DNA of 63,948 nucleotides, counting the filler, from Lama guanicoe (lineage: Eukaryota), in the NCBI GenBank assembly GCA_013239625.1. It is 80 parts of 78 records of this genome, joined end to end, with 100 filler letters (N's around TTAATTAATTAA, not from the genome) between each part and the next. Parts side by side here need not be neighbours in the genome. Positions count along the whole stretch, not along the records: positions 39,658 to 40,498 come from PNXV01021067.1; positions 40,599 to 41,302 come from MU056486.1; positions 41,403 to 42,245 come from MU056487.1; positions 42,346 to 43,464 come from MU056491.1; positions 43,565 to 44,435 come from MU056493.1; positions 44,536 to 45,281 come from PNXV01021167.1; positions 45,382 to 46,229 come from PNXV01021168.1; positions 46,330 to 47,017 come from MU056494.1; 72 more parts are not named here. One strand, 5' to 3'. Under the pieces are notes generated by a model. The model had not been told where the DNA came from, ran no database searches, and worked only from the letters and a program-made list of their open reading frames with translations. Each line of letters opens with the position of its first letter. Within the stretch, counting starts at the first letter, position 1. A program made the translations under genes and the position numbers. Positions 39,558 through 53,029 of the stretch are shown piece by piece.

Positions 39558-39657
39558 NNNNNNNNNNNNNNNNNNNNNNNNNNNNNNNNNNNNNNNNNNN
39601 NTTAATTAATTAANNNNNNNNNNNNNNNNNNNNNNNNNNNNNNNNNNNNNNNNNNNN

Positions 39658-40498
39658 TCACTGCTACATGGCCTCCAAGCCCAACCCCTAGCTTTCCCTC
39701 ATGGCCAGGCATAAAGGAACACTCAGGGAACAGATGCTAAGGGATACTAATAGAATCCAGGTGCTGCTGTCAGTTTGAGGAACTTCCCCACACTCAGAAT
39801 ACCAGAACACATCGTGTGTGTGCTGGATGTAGGGAAACAGGCAAAGCATCATTCAGGCGGCACATTTATTCCATGGTTGTGGGCTGTAGGTTAAAAACCC
39901 ACATCCTATGGATAGGCTTTCGCTAATACTTGGTTTAGAGCCCAACCCCCACTTTCCCCCACTCTCCAGCCTAGGCATGCCATCAGGGAAGACAAGCTAA
40001 GGGATTCTATTAGAACCCAGGCGCTGTTGTCATTTGGAGGAGCCTCCCCACAATCAGGATACCTGAGCACGTCTCCGTGTGTGTGCTGGAGGTGGGGAAA
40101 CAGATTCCACGCAAATTTATGGGGCACAGGTGTTCCAAGGTTGGGGAACTAGTTTAAAACCCACCACTACCCACAGAGATGCACTCGCTAATACTTGGCT
40201 TTAGAGCCCATCCCCCACCATCGCTTACTGCTAGGCATAGGAAAATACTTAGCGAAGTCAAGACACAGGTGTTCCAAGGTTGGGGAACTAGTTTAAAACC
40301 CACCACTACCCACAGAGATGCACTCGCTAATACTTGGCTTTAGAGCCCATCCCCCACCATCGCTTACTGCTAGGCATAGGAAAATACTTAGCGAAGTCAA
40401 GCTAAGGGATTCTGTTAAAACCCAGGTACTGCTGTCTGTTGGAGGAACTTCCCCACACTCAGTACCCCAGAACACTTCTTCCTGTGTGTGCTGGACGT
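39658..40498 (+). repeat. ~260-267-bp satellite (family C, diverged relative of A)
   Basis: GCTGCTGTCAGTTGGAGGAACTTCCCCACACTCAG-type motif recurring; period 260 (39761 and 40021). Confidence 0.88.
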
Positions 40499-40598
40499 NN
40501 NNNNNNNNNNNNNNNNNNNNNNNNNNNNNNNNNNNNNNNNNNTTAATTAATTAANNNNNNNNNNNNNNNNNNNNNNNNNNNNNNNNNNNNNNNNNNNN

Positions 40599-41302
40599 GG
40601 GATATTGATGGGAATACAATCATAGTTGGAGATTTTCACACTGCATTTACATCACTAGACAGATCTTCCAGAAAGAAAATAAATAAGACAACAGAGAAAT
40701 TAAATACTAAAATAGAAAAACTAGATTTGGTGGATATTTTCAGAGCATTACACCCCCCAAAAATAGGATATACATTCTTTTCAAGTGCACATGGAACATT
40801 TTCCAGGATCGATTATATACTTGGCCACACAAAAAAAAAACTCAACAATTTTAAGAAGATAGAAATTATCTCAAGCATCTTTACTGACCACAATGCCATG
40901 AAACTGGAAATCAACAACAGAGAAACAAAGGAGAAAACAAGGAAAGCATGGAGATTAAACAATATGTTATCGAAAAAATAATGGATCAATGAGGAAATCA
41001 AAACTGAAATTAAAAAATACCTTGAGACAAATGATAATGAAAGCACAACCACTCAAAACCTATGGGACACAGCAAAGGCAATGCAAAGAGGGAAGTTTAT
41101 AGCGATACAGGCCTTCCTCAGGAAATAAGAACAATCGCAAATAAACATATTAACCCACCACTTGAATGAATTAGAAAAAGAAGAACAAAAAGCCCCAAAA
41201 AGCAGCAGAAGGAAGGAAATAATAAAGATCAGAGAGGAATTAAATACAATAGAGATTAACAAGACCATAGAAAAAATCAACCAAACCAAAAGCTGGTTTT
41301 TT
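40599..41302 (+). mobile_element. LINE-1 ORF2 endonuclease fragment
   Basis: TIIVGDF, YTFFSSAHGTFSRIDYILGH and SIFTDHNAMKLEIN. Confidence 0.96.
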
Positions 41303-41402
41303 NNNNNNNNNNNNNNNNNNNNNNNNNNNNNNNNNNNNNNNNNNNNTTAATTAATTAANNNNNNNNNNNNNNNNNNNNNNNNNNNNNNNNNNNNNNNNNN
41401 NN

Positions 41403-42245
41403 CTTTCTTCTTTTACTATGGAACAGAAGTGCTGAGATTAGGAATCCTTGTCTTGTTCCCGAATTTACCCTGAAAGCTTTCAGCTTTTCCCCTAAGTATT
41501 ATAAATTGTTATAAATGGCCTATAGTATGCTGAGGGATGTTTCCATTATACTCTCTNNNNNNNNNNNNNNNNNNNNNNNNNNNNNNNNNNNNNNNNNNNN
41601 NNNNNNNNNNNNNNNNNNNNNNNNNNNNNNNNNNNNNNNNNNNNNNNNNNNNNNNNNNNNNNNNNNNNNNNNNNNNNNNNNNNNAATATGTGTCATGCTG
41701 ATTAACTTGCGTATGTTGAACCATCCCTGTGACTCTGGAAGGAATCCAACTTATCATCGTGTTTAATCCTTTCTATGTATTGCTGGATTAATTTGTTGAT
41801 GTTCTGTTGAGGATTTTTAAACGTATATTCATCAAGGATATTGGCTTTACATTTTAATTTCTTTTTTCTAGTAGTGTCTTTTTCTGTTTTTGTTATCATG
41901 GTATTGGTGTACTCATAGAATAAATTTGGGAATTTTTCTTCCTAATACATTTTTTGAAATAGTTGAGAGGAAAGAGGTTTTAATGAAGGCATCCCGGCAT
42001 TTTGTTCAAGGGGTGTTTATAAAACTATAGATTTTTTTTAAATTAAACTGATTGCTCTTTTCAAGTTTTCAGGTTTCATTTTATTCAGTGTTGGCACGCT
42101 GTACNNNNNNNNNNNNNNNNNNNNNNNNNNNNNNNNNNNNNNNNNNNNNNNNNNNNNNNNNNNNNNNNNNNNNNNNNNNNNNNNNTGTTGTCATGTAACT
42201 GCTCAGAGTGCTTTCATAATCTTTGTATTACTGTACTCTCAGAAA
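41403..42245 (-). mobile_element. LINE-1 ORF2 fragment, older and degraded
   Basis: Antisense RT-start motifs (GTATGTTGAACCATCC, TTGAGGATTTT). Confidence 0.85.
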
Positions 42246-42345
42246 NNNNNNNNNNNNNNNNNNNNNNNNNNNNNNNNNNNNNNNNNNNNTTAATTAATTA
42301 ANNNNNNNNNNNNNNNNNNNNNNNNNNNNNNNNNNNNNNNNNNNN

Positions 42346-43464
42346 TGAATTTAGAATATAGAATGAATAACACAGAATTTAGAATACAGTGTAAGGAATA
42401 CAGAATATTGAATTAAGAATATAGAATATAGAACACAGAATATAGACAATGGAATGCAGAACACAGAATTTAGAATATAGTATACACAATAATGAATATA
42501 GAAATTAGAACATGGAATGCAGAACACAGAATCTAGAATATAGAATACAGTAAACTGAATATAGAATTTAGAATATAGAATGTACAACACAGAATAAGGA
42601 ATGTAGAATACGGAATGTAGAATATTGAATACAGAATATAGAATTTTGAACTCAGAATTTAGAGTATGGAAAACAGAATATAGAACACAGAATATAGACA
42701 ATGGAATGCAGAACACAGAATTTAGAATATAGTATACACAATAATGAATATAGAAATTAGAACATGGAATGCAGAACACAGAATCTAGAATATAGAATAC
42801 AGTAAACTGAATATAGAATTTAGAATATAGAATGTANNNNNNNNNNNNNNNNNNNNNNNNNNNNNNNNNNNNNNNNNNNNNNNNNNNNNNNNNNNNNNNN
42901 NNNNNNNNNNNNNNNNNNNNNNNNNNNNNNNNNNNNNNNNNNNNNNNNNNNNNNNNNNNNNNNNNNNNNNNNNNNNNNNNNNNNNNNNNNNNNNNNNNNN
43001 NNNNNNNNNNNNNNNNNNNNNNNNNNNNNNNNNNNNNNNNNNNNNNNNNNNNNNNNNNNNNNNNNNNNACCCAGAATTTAGAAAATGGAATTCAGAACAC
43101 AGAATTTAGAATATAGAATACAGAATACATAATATAAATTTTAGAATATAGAATGTAGAACACAGAATATAGAATATAGAGTACGGAATGCATAATATAG
43201 GATACAGAATATAGAATTTAGAACACAGAATATGGAATATTTCATAGAGTATATGGAACCCAAAATTTAGAACATGGAATGCAGAACACAGAATTAAGAA
43301 TATAGAATACAGAATACTGAATATAGAATTTAGAATATAGAATGTAGTATACAGAATAGAGAATATAGAATACGGAAGGAAGAATATAGAATACAGAATA
43401 TAGAAAGTTGAAAAGAGAATACAGAAATAAGAAAACAGAATACAGAACCCAGAATTTAGAAAAT
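42346..43464 (+). repeat. 7-bp GAATATA-type satellite with a 252-bp internal repeat
   Basis: GACAATGGAATGC at 42445 and 42697. Confidence 0.95.
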
Positions 43465-43564
43465 NNNNNNNNNNNNNNNNNNNNNNNNNNNNNNNNNNNN
43501 NNNNNNNNTTAATTAATTAANNNNNNNNNNNNNNNNNNNNNNNNNNNNNNNNNNNNNNNNNNNN

Positions 43565-44435
43565 TTCCCTCACACCATACACAAAAATAAACTCAAAATG
43601 GCTTAAATACTTAAATATAAGACAGGACACCATAAATCTCCTAGAATAAAACATAGGCAAAACATTCTTTGACATAATTCATAGCAATGTTCTCCTAGGG
43701 AGAACAAGGCAACAGAAAGAAAAGCAAAAATAAACAAATAGGACCTAATTAAACTTATAAGCTTTTGCACAGTAAAGGAAATCATAAACAAAATGAAAAG
43801 ACAATCTATGGAATGGGAGAAAATATTTGCAAACAATGCTATTGACAGGAGCTTAACTTCCAGAATGTACAAACAGCTCATACAACTAATAACAAAAAAA
43901 CAAACAAAAAACAACCCAATCAAAAAATGAGAAGACCTAAACAAACATTTCTCCAATGAAGACATACAAATTGCCAATACGCACATGAAAAGAAGCCAAA
44001 TATTACTAATTACCAGAGAAATGCAAATCAAAACTACAATGAGGTATCACCTCACACCAGTCAGATGGCCACCATGAAAAAGTCCAGAAATGATAAATGC
44101 TGAAGAAGGTGTAAAGAAAAAGGAACCCTCCTACACTGTTGGTGGGAGTGTAATTTGGTGCAGCCACTAAGAAAAACAGTATGAAGATTCCTTAAAAAAC
44201 TAAAAATAGAGTTACCATAATAGCCAGCAATCCCACTCCTGGGCATATATCCAGAGGGAACTTTATTCCAAAAAGATACAAGCACCCCACTATTCACAAG
44301 CAGTACTATTTACAACAGCAAGTCACATAAGCAATCTAAATGTCCGTCGACAGATGACTGGATAAAGATGTGGTATATATTAACAGCAGAGTACCACTCA
44401 GCCATAATAAAGAATGAAATAATGTCATTTATAGC
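43565..44435 (+). mobile_element. LINE-1 ORF2 3' fragment
   Basis: [32 protein letters not shown] and [10 protein letters not shown]. Confidence 0.95.
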
Positions 44436-45381
44436 NNNNNNNNNNNNNNNNNNNNNNNNNNNNNNNNNNNNNNNNNNNNTTAATTAATTAANNNNNNNNN
44501 NNNNNNNNNNNNNNNNNNNNNNNNNNNNNNNNNNNTTTAACATCAGGAAAGAAAAGAGTAAAGATTTTACTTTCAATATTCACTAACGAAATTTTCCTCC
44601 ATACTAAGACTACACACATAAAACAAATTCAGTCATTGTAAATTATTCTGTCAATAAGCACCACTAGAGAAAAACAAGCAACATCATTAGCAATGATTGG
44701 ACTTTCAAAGCCCACTCCTATTTTGCACTATAATCATTTTTAATGTTTTGTTTTTAGTGCTTACATAGCACAGCACTAATATAAAGAAAACATAAACTAT
44801 TTAAGTCATTACCTGAGAATGCAACATGTGTGAAAATGTACAATTTTAATTTATGCCACTCTGACTCACTGGTGTCTCTCCTTTGAAGGCCTCATCAGGC
44901 TGAGATAGCCAAAATCGGTCATTTATGGACTCACAGGTGTTCTAGAAACCACTCAACGGGAGGCTGATCAGAGGAGAAATTGAGAATGCATCCTGTGCAG
45001 CCTGGGTTCCAGCACCAAGCTAGGCACCGCCAGCTGCATTTGATTTGGGACAAGCTGCCCACCTCTCAATCCCTCAGCTGCAAAAAGGAGACATTGATAC
45101 CTACCATCAAACACCTGCTTTGAAGTAAAACATGAGAAAAACAGTTTAGCCTTTGGTAGGTGTCCACTCATAGCGAGCTTGGTCATTATAATGATGAGGA
45201 TTACTTTTAATAAGTTAAGCTAGACTAAAAACTAGAAATCACCATAAAGGAGAAATATTTTAACTCAATAAGCATTTCCTTNNNNNNNNNNNNNNNNNNN
45301 NNNNNNNNNNNNNNNNNNNNNNNNNTTAATTAATTAANNNNNNNNNNNNNNNNNNNNNNNNNNNNNNNNNNNNNNNNNNNN

Positions 45382-46229
45382 TTTGAACCAGCTCCTAGAG
45401 TAATGGAAATAAAAGCAAAAATAAACATATGTGATGTAATTAAACTTAAAAGCTTTTGCACAGCCAAGGATACCATCAACAAAATGAAAAGATAACCTAC
45501 AGAATGGGAGGAAATATTTGTAAATGATGTGACCAAGAAGGGACTAATTTCCAAAATACACAAACAGCTCATACAGCTTAGTATCAAAAAAACAAGCAAC
45601 CCAACTAAAAAAAAATAGGCAGAAGACCTAACGGACATCTCTCCAAGAAGACATCCAGATGGCCAACAAACACATGAAAAGATGTTCAACATCACCAATT
45701 GTTAGAGAAATACAAATCAAAATTACAGTGTGATATCACTTCACACAGGTCAGAATGGCCATCAAGAAGTCTACAAATGATAAATGCTGGAGAGGAGATA
45801 AATGTGGAGAAAAGGGAACCCTCCTACACTGTTGGTGGGAATGTTAATTGGTTTAGCCACTATGGGGGGCAGTATGGAAATTCCTTAAAAACTAAAAATA
45901 GACTTACCACATGATCCAGCAATCCTGCTCCTGGGCATATATCCAGAGAAAACTCTAATTCAAAAAGACACATGCACCCCAATGTTCAACCAATGTTCAG
46001 CACTATTTACAATAGCTAAGACATGGAAACAACCCAAATGTCCATCAACAGATGGCTGGATAAAGAAGCTGTGGTATATTTATACAATGGAATACTACTT
46101 GGCCGTAAAAAAGAATGAAATAATGCTATTTGCAGCAATATGGATGAAACTGGAGAATCTCCTTTTAAGTGAAATAAGTAAGAAAGAGAAAGAAAAATAC
46201 CATATGATGTCACTTATATGTGGAATCTA
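45382..46229 (+). mobile_element. LINE-1 ORF2 3' fragment
   Basis: ALFTIAKTWKQPKCPSTDGWIKKLWYIYTMEYY. Confidence 0.95.
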
Positions 46230-48041
46230 NNNNNNNNNNNNNNNNNNNNNNNNNNNNNNNNNNNNNNNNNNNNTTAATTAATTAANNNNNNNNNNNNNNN
46301 NNNNNNNNNNNNNNNNNNNNNNNNNNNNNTGTATAAATAAAGAGATATTAGAATGGTTATTTTAATAGAAAAATGACAGTGTGAAGCATTAAAAACAATG
46401 TAACAACATCAGTAAAGCTGAGTAATTATATTTCTTATGGTTTTCACAAATAAAAAGTTATTTTGTTATTAATAATTGTATTTACAGTCTTTTAAAAACA
46501 TAAGGGATTCTCAATATAGAATGTCTAATGTTCATAGAGCAAAATTGTGTGCATAATTTGATTCAAGGACAAAAACATACATATATATAATATACACACA
46601 CATAACTAATACCCAGGAGTTACATACAAAAAAGAATGTTTAATTCTTCATTTGTTACATTACAGTAAGATTTGATTATAGTTTTTATTTTCATTTCTAA
46701 ATTATGAAACTTTTGATACATACAGGTTATTATTATAAAATATATATCCATTACTCTACCACCCAAACTGAGAAGTAAAACATGACATTTCCAATATATT
46801 TACCCTTGCTCTTTTATGTTGCTTAAAACTAAAATTGTTATAACTACATTTTATAGAAATAGGTATTTGTTTCTGGTGTTTCTTTTTCTATATTTTTATT
46901 TTCAATAATTTTTGCAGCATTTTTAATTGTTCCTCTTGCAAATATCCTAGAGATTCCCCCCAAATATCTGAGAATGTATGCATTTTAATGTCTTTTAATA
47001 GGAAAATTGACTCAATTNNNNNNNNNNNNNNNNNNNNNNNNNNNNNNNNNNNNNNNNNNNNTTAATTAATTAANNNNNNNNNNNNNNNNNNNNNNNNNNN
47101 NNNNNNNNNNNNNNNNNTTTCCAACCTTTGTCTAACAATTTGTACACCTCACAGAATATATATTTTTATATGTACATATAAAAATGACAAAAAGTAACTA
47201 TATAGTAAGTCAGAAACGAAGTGTCCACAAATTTCATGATGCTAAATTTGTACTATTTTCATAAAAATAAGTAAGATAAAATTTAAACAACAAAAATGGC
47301 TAATTGTCTGGCTAACTGAAATTTATGAACCTTCTTTTTGACGTTAACTAACACATGTACTTTATTATTAAAGCCCTTAATGTGCTTTTATTTTTATCCT
47401 ATTTACCTCTCTTTCTTCACTACGGAGTATCCTGAGATTTTAAAATGCATTCTTCTGCTTTTCTTTATAATTTCTTGAACACACATATATATCAATAAAA
47501 TGATATCATTTAGTTTAAGTTGCCATTTATATTTTTTAAATGTTATATTTTTGTTCAATTTCCCCTGAGACAATCTCTTTACTACATTTTTTATATTTAG
47601 AAGTATTAATTTTTATAAAACTGAAATTTTTAGAATGAAACTTAAAAATTACTCCATTTATCCATTTTCCAAAAAGTGAATATTTGAGTTATTTACAATG
47701 TTTGTTTACTATAAGCAATGATGTTATGAACATACTTGTATAATTATCTTGGTGCACACTGAACACAGGCAGAAGGTTGAAGGTAACTTAGGAAAGAAAT
47801 TGCTAGAGTTCGTGTGTTGACACCTTTAATTTATAAGGGTATTATAATTTTCTGAAGTTAATGTAATAGAGGAGAACAAATCTTACTCTTTATTAGATCT
47901 GTTCCTTTAGCTTTGACCACTGTGCCCTGTTTCCGAGGCTTNNNNNNNNNNNNNNNNNNNNNNNNNNNNNNNNNNNNNNNNNNNNTTAATTAATTAANNN
48001 NNNNNNNNNNNNNNNNNNNNNNNNNNNNNNNNNNNNNNNNN

Positions 48042-48430
48042 TATATTTATACAAAGGAATACTACTCAGCCATTAAAAAGAACAAAATAATGCCATTTGC
48101 AGCAACATGGATGGACGTACAGATAGTCATTCTAAGTGAAGAAAGCCAGAAAAATGCCATATGATATCACTTATATGTGGAATCTAAAAAAAGACACTAA
48201 TGAATTTAACTACAAAAGAGAAACAGACCCACAGCATACAGAAACAAACTTACGGTTACCAGGGAGAGAAGGGGATGGGAAGGGATATATATGGGAATTG
48301 GAAAAGTGCCCCTCTTGGAGAGTTATCGAAATGTTAGCTATCTTGACTGTGGTGATGGTTTTCTGGGTGTAGACATCTATAAAATTGATCAAATAGGACA
48401 TGTGAAATATGTGTAATTTACTATACAGGA
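48042..48430 (+). mobile_element. LINE-1 3' end fragment(s)
   Basis: EYYSAIKKNKIMPFAATWMD plus 3'UTR; the last ~120 bp resemble an older L1M 3' tail. Confidence 0.88.
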
Positions 48431-48530
48431 NNNNNNNNNNNNNNNNNNNNNNNNNNNNNNNNNNNNNNNNNNNNTTAATTAATTAANNNNNNNNNNNNNN
48501 NNNNNNNNNNNNNNNNNNNNNNNNNNNNNN

Positions 48531-48969
48531 TCAGAATTTGAATATAGAATACAGATTACAGTACACAGAAATTAGATATTGAATTCAGAACACAGAATTT
48601 AGAATATTGGATACAGAATACTTAATATATAATGTATCATACAGAATGATGAACTCCGAATATTGAATATAGAATACAGAATGAAGAACAAAGAATTTAA
48701 AACGTGGAATTCATAACACAGAGATTAGAATTTAGAATACAGTATTGAGAATATAGAATTTAGAATAGAGAAAGTAGAACACAGAATATAAATATACATT
48801 ATAAAGAATAATGAACACAGATTTTAGAACAATGGAATGCAGGTCAGAAGATAGAATATATAATACAGAATTATAATGTAGAATATAGAATTTAGAACAC
48901 AGAAATAGAATAGAATATACAGAATGCAGAACCCAGAATATAGAACATAGAATGCAGAACCCAGAATTT
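48531..48969 (+). repeat. 7-bp GAATATA-type satellite
   Basis: Heptamer array. Confidence 0.93.
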
Positions 48970-49069
48970 NNNNNNNNNNNNNNNNNNNNNNNNNNNNNNN
49001 NNNNNNNNNNNNNTTAATTAATTAANNNNNNNNNNNNNNNNNNNNNNNNNNNNNNNNNNNNNNNNNNNN

Positions 49070-49592
49070 TACAGAATATACAATGTACAATAGAGAAAGT
49101 AGAACACAGAATATAGAATATTGAATACAGAATACAGAACCGAGAATAAAGGCCTTGGAATTCAGAACACAGAATATAGACTACAGAATACAGAATACTG
49201 AACCCAGAATTTAAACATGGAATTCAGTACACAGAATTTAGAATATAGAGTACAGAATACAGAATATAGAATGTAAAACACAGAATGTAGAACACAGAAT
49301 ATAGATTATAGAATACACATGTCAGAAACCAGTATTTAGAACACGGAATGCAGAAGAAAGAGAATAGAATATAGAATAAAGAATACAGAAACCAGAATTT
49401 AGAACATGGAATGCAGAACACAGAATATAGAATATACAATAGAGAATACAGATACCAGAATTTAGAACATGGATTTCAGAACCCAGAATTTAGAATATAG
49501 ATTACAGAATAGAGAATTTTGTATACACAATGCAGAACACAGTATTCATTACATGGAATTCAGAACACTGAATTTAGAATATAAAATACAGA
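49070..49592 (+). repeat. 7-bp GAATATA-type satellite
   Basis: Heptamer array. Confidence 0.94.
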
Positions 49593-49692
49593 NNNNNNNN
49601 NNNNNNNNNNNNNNNNNNNNNNNNNNNNNNNNNNNNTTAATTAATTAANNNNNNNNNNNNNNNNNNNNNNNNNNNNNNNNNNNNNNNNNNNN

Positions 49693-50808
49693 GCAAACCA
49701 TCAGGGAAGACAAGCAAAGGGATTCCATTAAAACCAATGACGCTGATGTCAGTTGAGGAACTACCCCACCCTCAGGATACTTGAACCCAACCTTGTGTGG
49801 TGGGGAGATTTGAAGCCCCACTCCACGCAGATGAATGGGTGCTCAGGTGTTTCCCTTTATGGAGAATTCATCTAAATACTTCCTCAGTNNNNNNNNNNNN
49901 NNNNNNNNNNNNNNNNNNNNNNNNNNNNNNNNNNNNNNNNNNNNNNNNNNNNNNNNNNNNNNNNNNNNNNNNNNNNNNNNNNNNNNNNNNNNNNNNNNNN
50001 NNNNNNNNNNNNNNNNNNNNNNNNNNNNNNNNNNNNNNNNNNNNNNNNNNNNNNNNNNNNNNNNNNNNNNNNNNNNNNNNNNNNNNNNNNNNNNNNNNNN
50101 NNNNNNNNNNNNNNNNNNNNNNNNNNNNNNNNNNNNNNNNNNNNNNNNNNNNNNNNNNNNNNNNNNNNATACTTGGATTTAGAGCCCAACCCACCCTTTC
50201 CCCAGCACTCCGTATCAGGCAACCAAACAGGGTAGACAAGTTAGGCGATTTTATAAGAACCAAGGCCCTGCTCTCAGTTGGAGGAGGCTGCCCACTCTCA
50301 GGATAAATGTGCAAGTGTTCGTGTGTGTGCTGGAGGTGTGGAAACAGACTCCACGTATATTTATGGGGGCAGAGTTGTTCCCAGATTAGGGATGTAGTAT
50401 AAACACCTTCACAAACCATAGAGAGGTCATGGCAAATACTTGGTTTCGGAGCCCAAACCACACTGTCCCCCGCACTCCCGCCTAGGCTTTCCATCAGGGA
50501 AGACAAGCCAAGGGATTCAATTAGAACCCAGGCGCTGCTGTCAGTTGGAGGAACTTCCCTGCACTCAGAATTCCAGAACACATTCTTAGGTGAAGGTGCA
50601 GCCGCACTCCACCCAGATGAATGGAGGAAAAGGTGTTCCGTTTAGGGAGAAGTCCTCTAAGTACTTCCTCAGTGGATCAGGGGGCACTCACTGCTACTTG
50701 GCATCCAAACCCAACCCCCAGCTTTCCCTCATGGCCTGGCCTAAAGGAACATTCAGGGGACAGAAGCTAAGGGACACTAATAGAACCCAGGTGCTGCTGT
50801 CAGTTTGA
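49693..50808 (+). repeat. ~260-267-bp satellite (family C)
   Basis: TCAGTT anchor at 50274, 50541 and 50800 (periods 267 and 259). Confidence 0.88.
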
Positions 50809-50908
50809 NNNNNNNNNNNNNNNNNNNNNNNNNNNNNNNNNNNNNNNNNNNNTTAATTAATTAANNNNNNNNNNNNNNNNNNNNNNNNNNNNNNNNNNNN
50901 NNNNNNNN

Positions 50909-51846
50909 TTCTGTGTTCTACGTTCTATAATCTACAATGTATACACTGAAATCTATAAACTATATTCTGTGCTGTGAATTCCGTGTTCTAAATTCTGGGT
51001 TCTGTATTCTCTATCCTATATTCTGTGTTCTACATTCTATATTATACATTCTATATTCTGTATTCATTATTCTATATTCTGTGTTCTACATTCTGTATTC
51101 TACATTCTATATTCTGTATTCTGCATTCTATATTCTATTTCCTGTGTCCTACATTAAAAATTCAACATACTTTTTCTGTATTTTATATTCTGTATTCTAT
51201 CTTCTGCATTCCATGTTCTAAATTCTGCGTTCTGAATTCTGTATTCTATATCATATATACTGTGTTCTATATTGTATATTCTACATTCTATTTCTGTATT
51301 CTATGTTCTATATTCTGTCCTATATTCCATGTTCTAAATTATGGGTTCTGAATTCTGTATTCTATATTCTGTGTTTTTCGTTCCATGTTCCAAATTCTGT
51401 GTTCTGTATTCTGTATTTTATATTCTATATTTTGTGTTCTACATTCTATATTCTACATTTATTTCTGTATTCTATATTCTATATCCTGTGTTCTGAATTC
51501 CATGTTATAAATTCTGGTTTCTGTGTTTTCAATACTATATTCTATATTCTGTGTTCTAAATTCAATATACTACATTCTATATTCTGTATTCTATATTCAA
51601 AATTCTAAGTTCTGAATTCCATGTTCTAAATTCTGGATCTGTATTCTGTATTCTATATTCTATTTTATGTTTTCTACATTCTACATTCCTCATTTTATAT
51701 TCTGTATTCTGTGTTCTACATTCTCTATTCTCTATTCTCTATTCTCTATTCTATACTCTGTATACTAAATTCTAAATTATTGGTTCTGAATTCCATCTTC
51801 TTAATTCTGGGTTCTGTATTGTGCATTCTATATTCTATATTCTGTG
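50909..51846 (-). repeat. 7-bp GAATATA-type satellite
   Basis: Heptamer array. Confidence 0.95.
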
Positions 51847-53029
51847 NNNNNNNNNNNNNNNNNNNNNNNNNNNNNNNNNNNNNNNNNNNNTTAATTAATT
51901 AANNNNNNNNNNNNNNNNNNNNNNNNNNNNNNNNNNNNNNNNNNNNTTCTCCGTTAGATAAACAGACAGACCCCCACATAGAGTAGCCTCTCCCCACCTC
52001 CAGTAGATAAGGAGCCAGGTAGACAGTCAGACAGACAGATACACTAGAGGCGGGGTGCGGTCTGGGTCGGGGTCCGAGGCGGCGACCGGGGATTAGGATG
52101 CCCCTGGCCTGCCAGAGGATTTTCTCCCATGTCCCTAGCTGCCTTGCCTGGTGGTGGCCTCCGCTCCATCAAGTTTGCAGGACTCAAGCCTTTGAAGTCA
52201 GCCTGCTCCTGGGAGCAGGCCTGGTGAGATCAGGGGAAAAGGTCGGGGGAAGAGAAGAGGCAGCACAGGAGCTAAGGGGGATGCCTCGCCGACTTGCGGA
52301 TTTTCCTCCCATCTGACCCTCTTCTGGCCTCGGGGCAGGATCTGCTACCCTAGATGTGCAGGATTTAATTCTCCATGTCAGCCGGGTCCTGGGAGGCTGG
52401 CGAGGTGAGTTCAGGATAAACGGACGTCGTGGGGAGCGGATTGCCTTCGGTGAGCCGATCAGTTTGCTCCCATCTCCACAAAGGCCTGGCCAGGGGGCGG
52501 CCTCTCCTGCCCCAGGTTCACAGCATGCATGTTTGCATGTCAGCCTGCACCACGGAGGCGGGCACGGTGCCATCAAGGGCTGCGGTGAAGAGGCGGGGCT
52601 GTCCCACAGAGCCCCTGTATTTGGTCCCATGTCCCCCTTGGCCGGTCCTGCGGTCGGTCTCTGCTACTCTTAGTACAGGAGGTGCACATCTCCGTGTAGG
52701 CCGGCTCCTGGGAGGCAGGCGCGGGGTGTTCAGTGCGCGGGGCGGGGGCAGGACTGGGGCGGCTGCAGAGAGGGCAGATGCCAGGGGCGCGGGCTGCCAA
52801 GGCAAGCCTGTGTATTTCCACCCAGTGTCCGTCTCAGCATGCTCTGAGGGCGACCTCTGCTGCCTCAGGGTGGCAATTGACATCCCTCCAGCTCGGTCGA
52901 GTCGTGGGAGGCTTCCTCCGTTAGACAGANNNNNNNNNNNNNNNNNNNNNNNNNNNNNNNNNNNNNNNNNNNNTTAATTAATTAANNNNNNNNNNNNNNN
53001 NNNNNNNNNNNNNNNNNNNNNNNNNNNNN

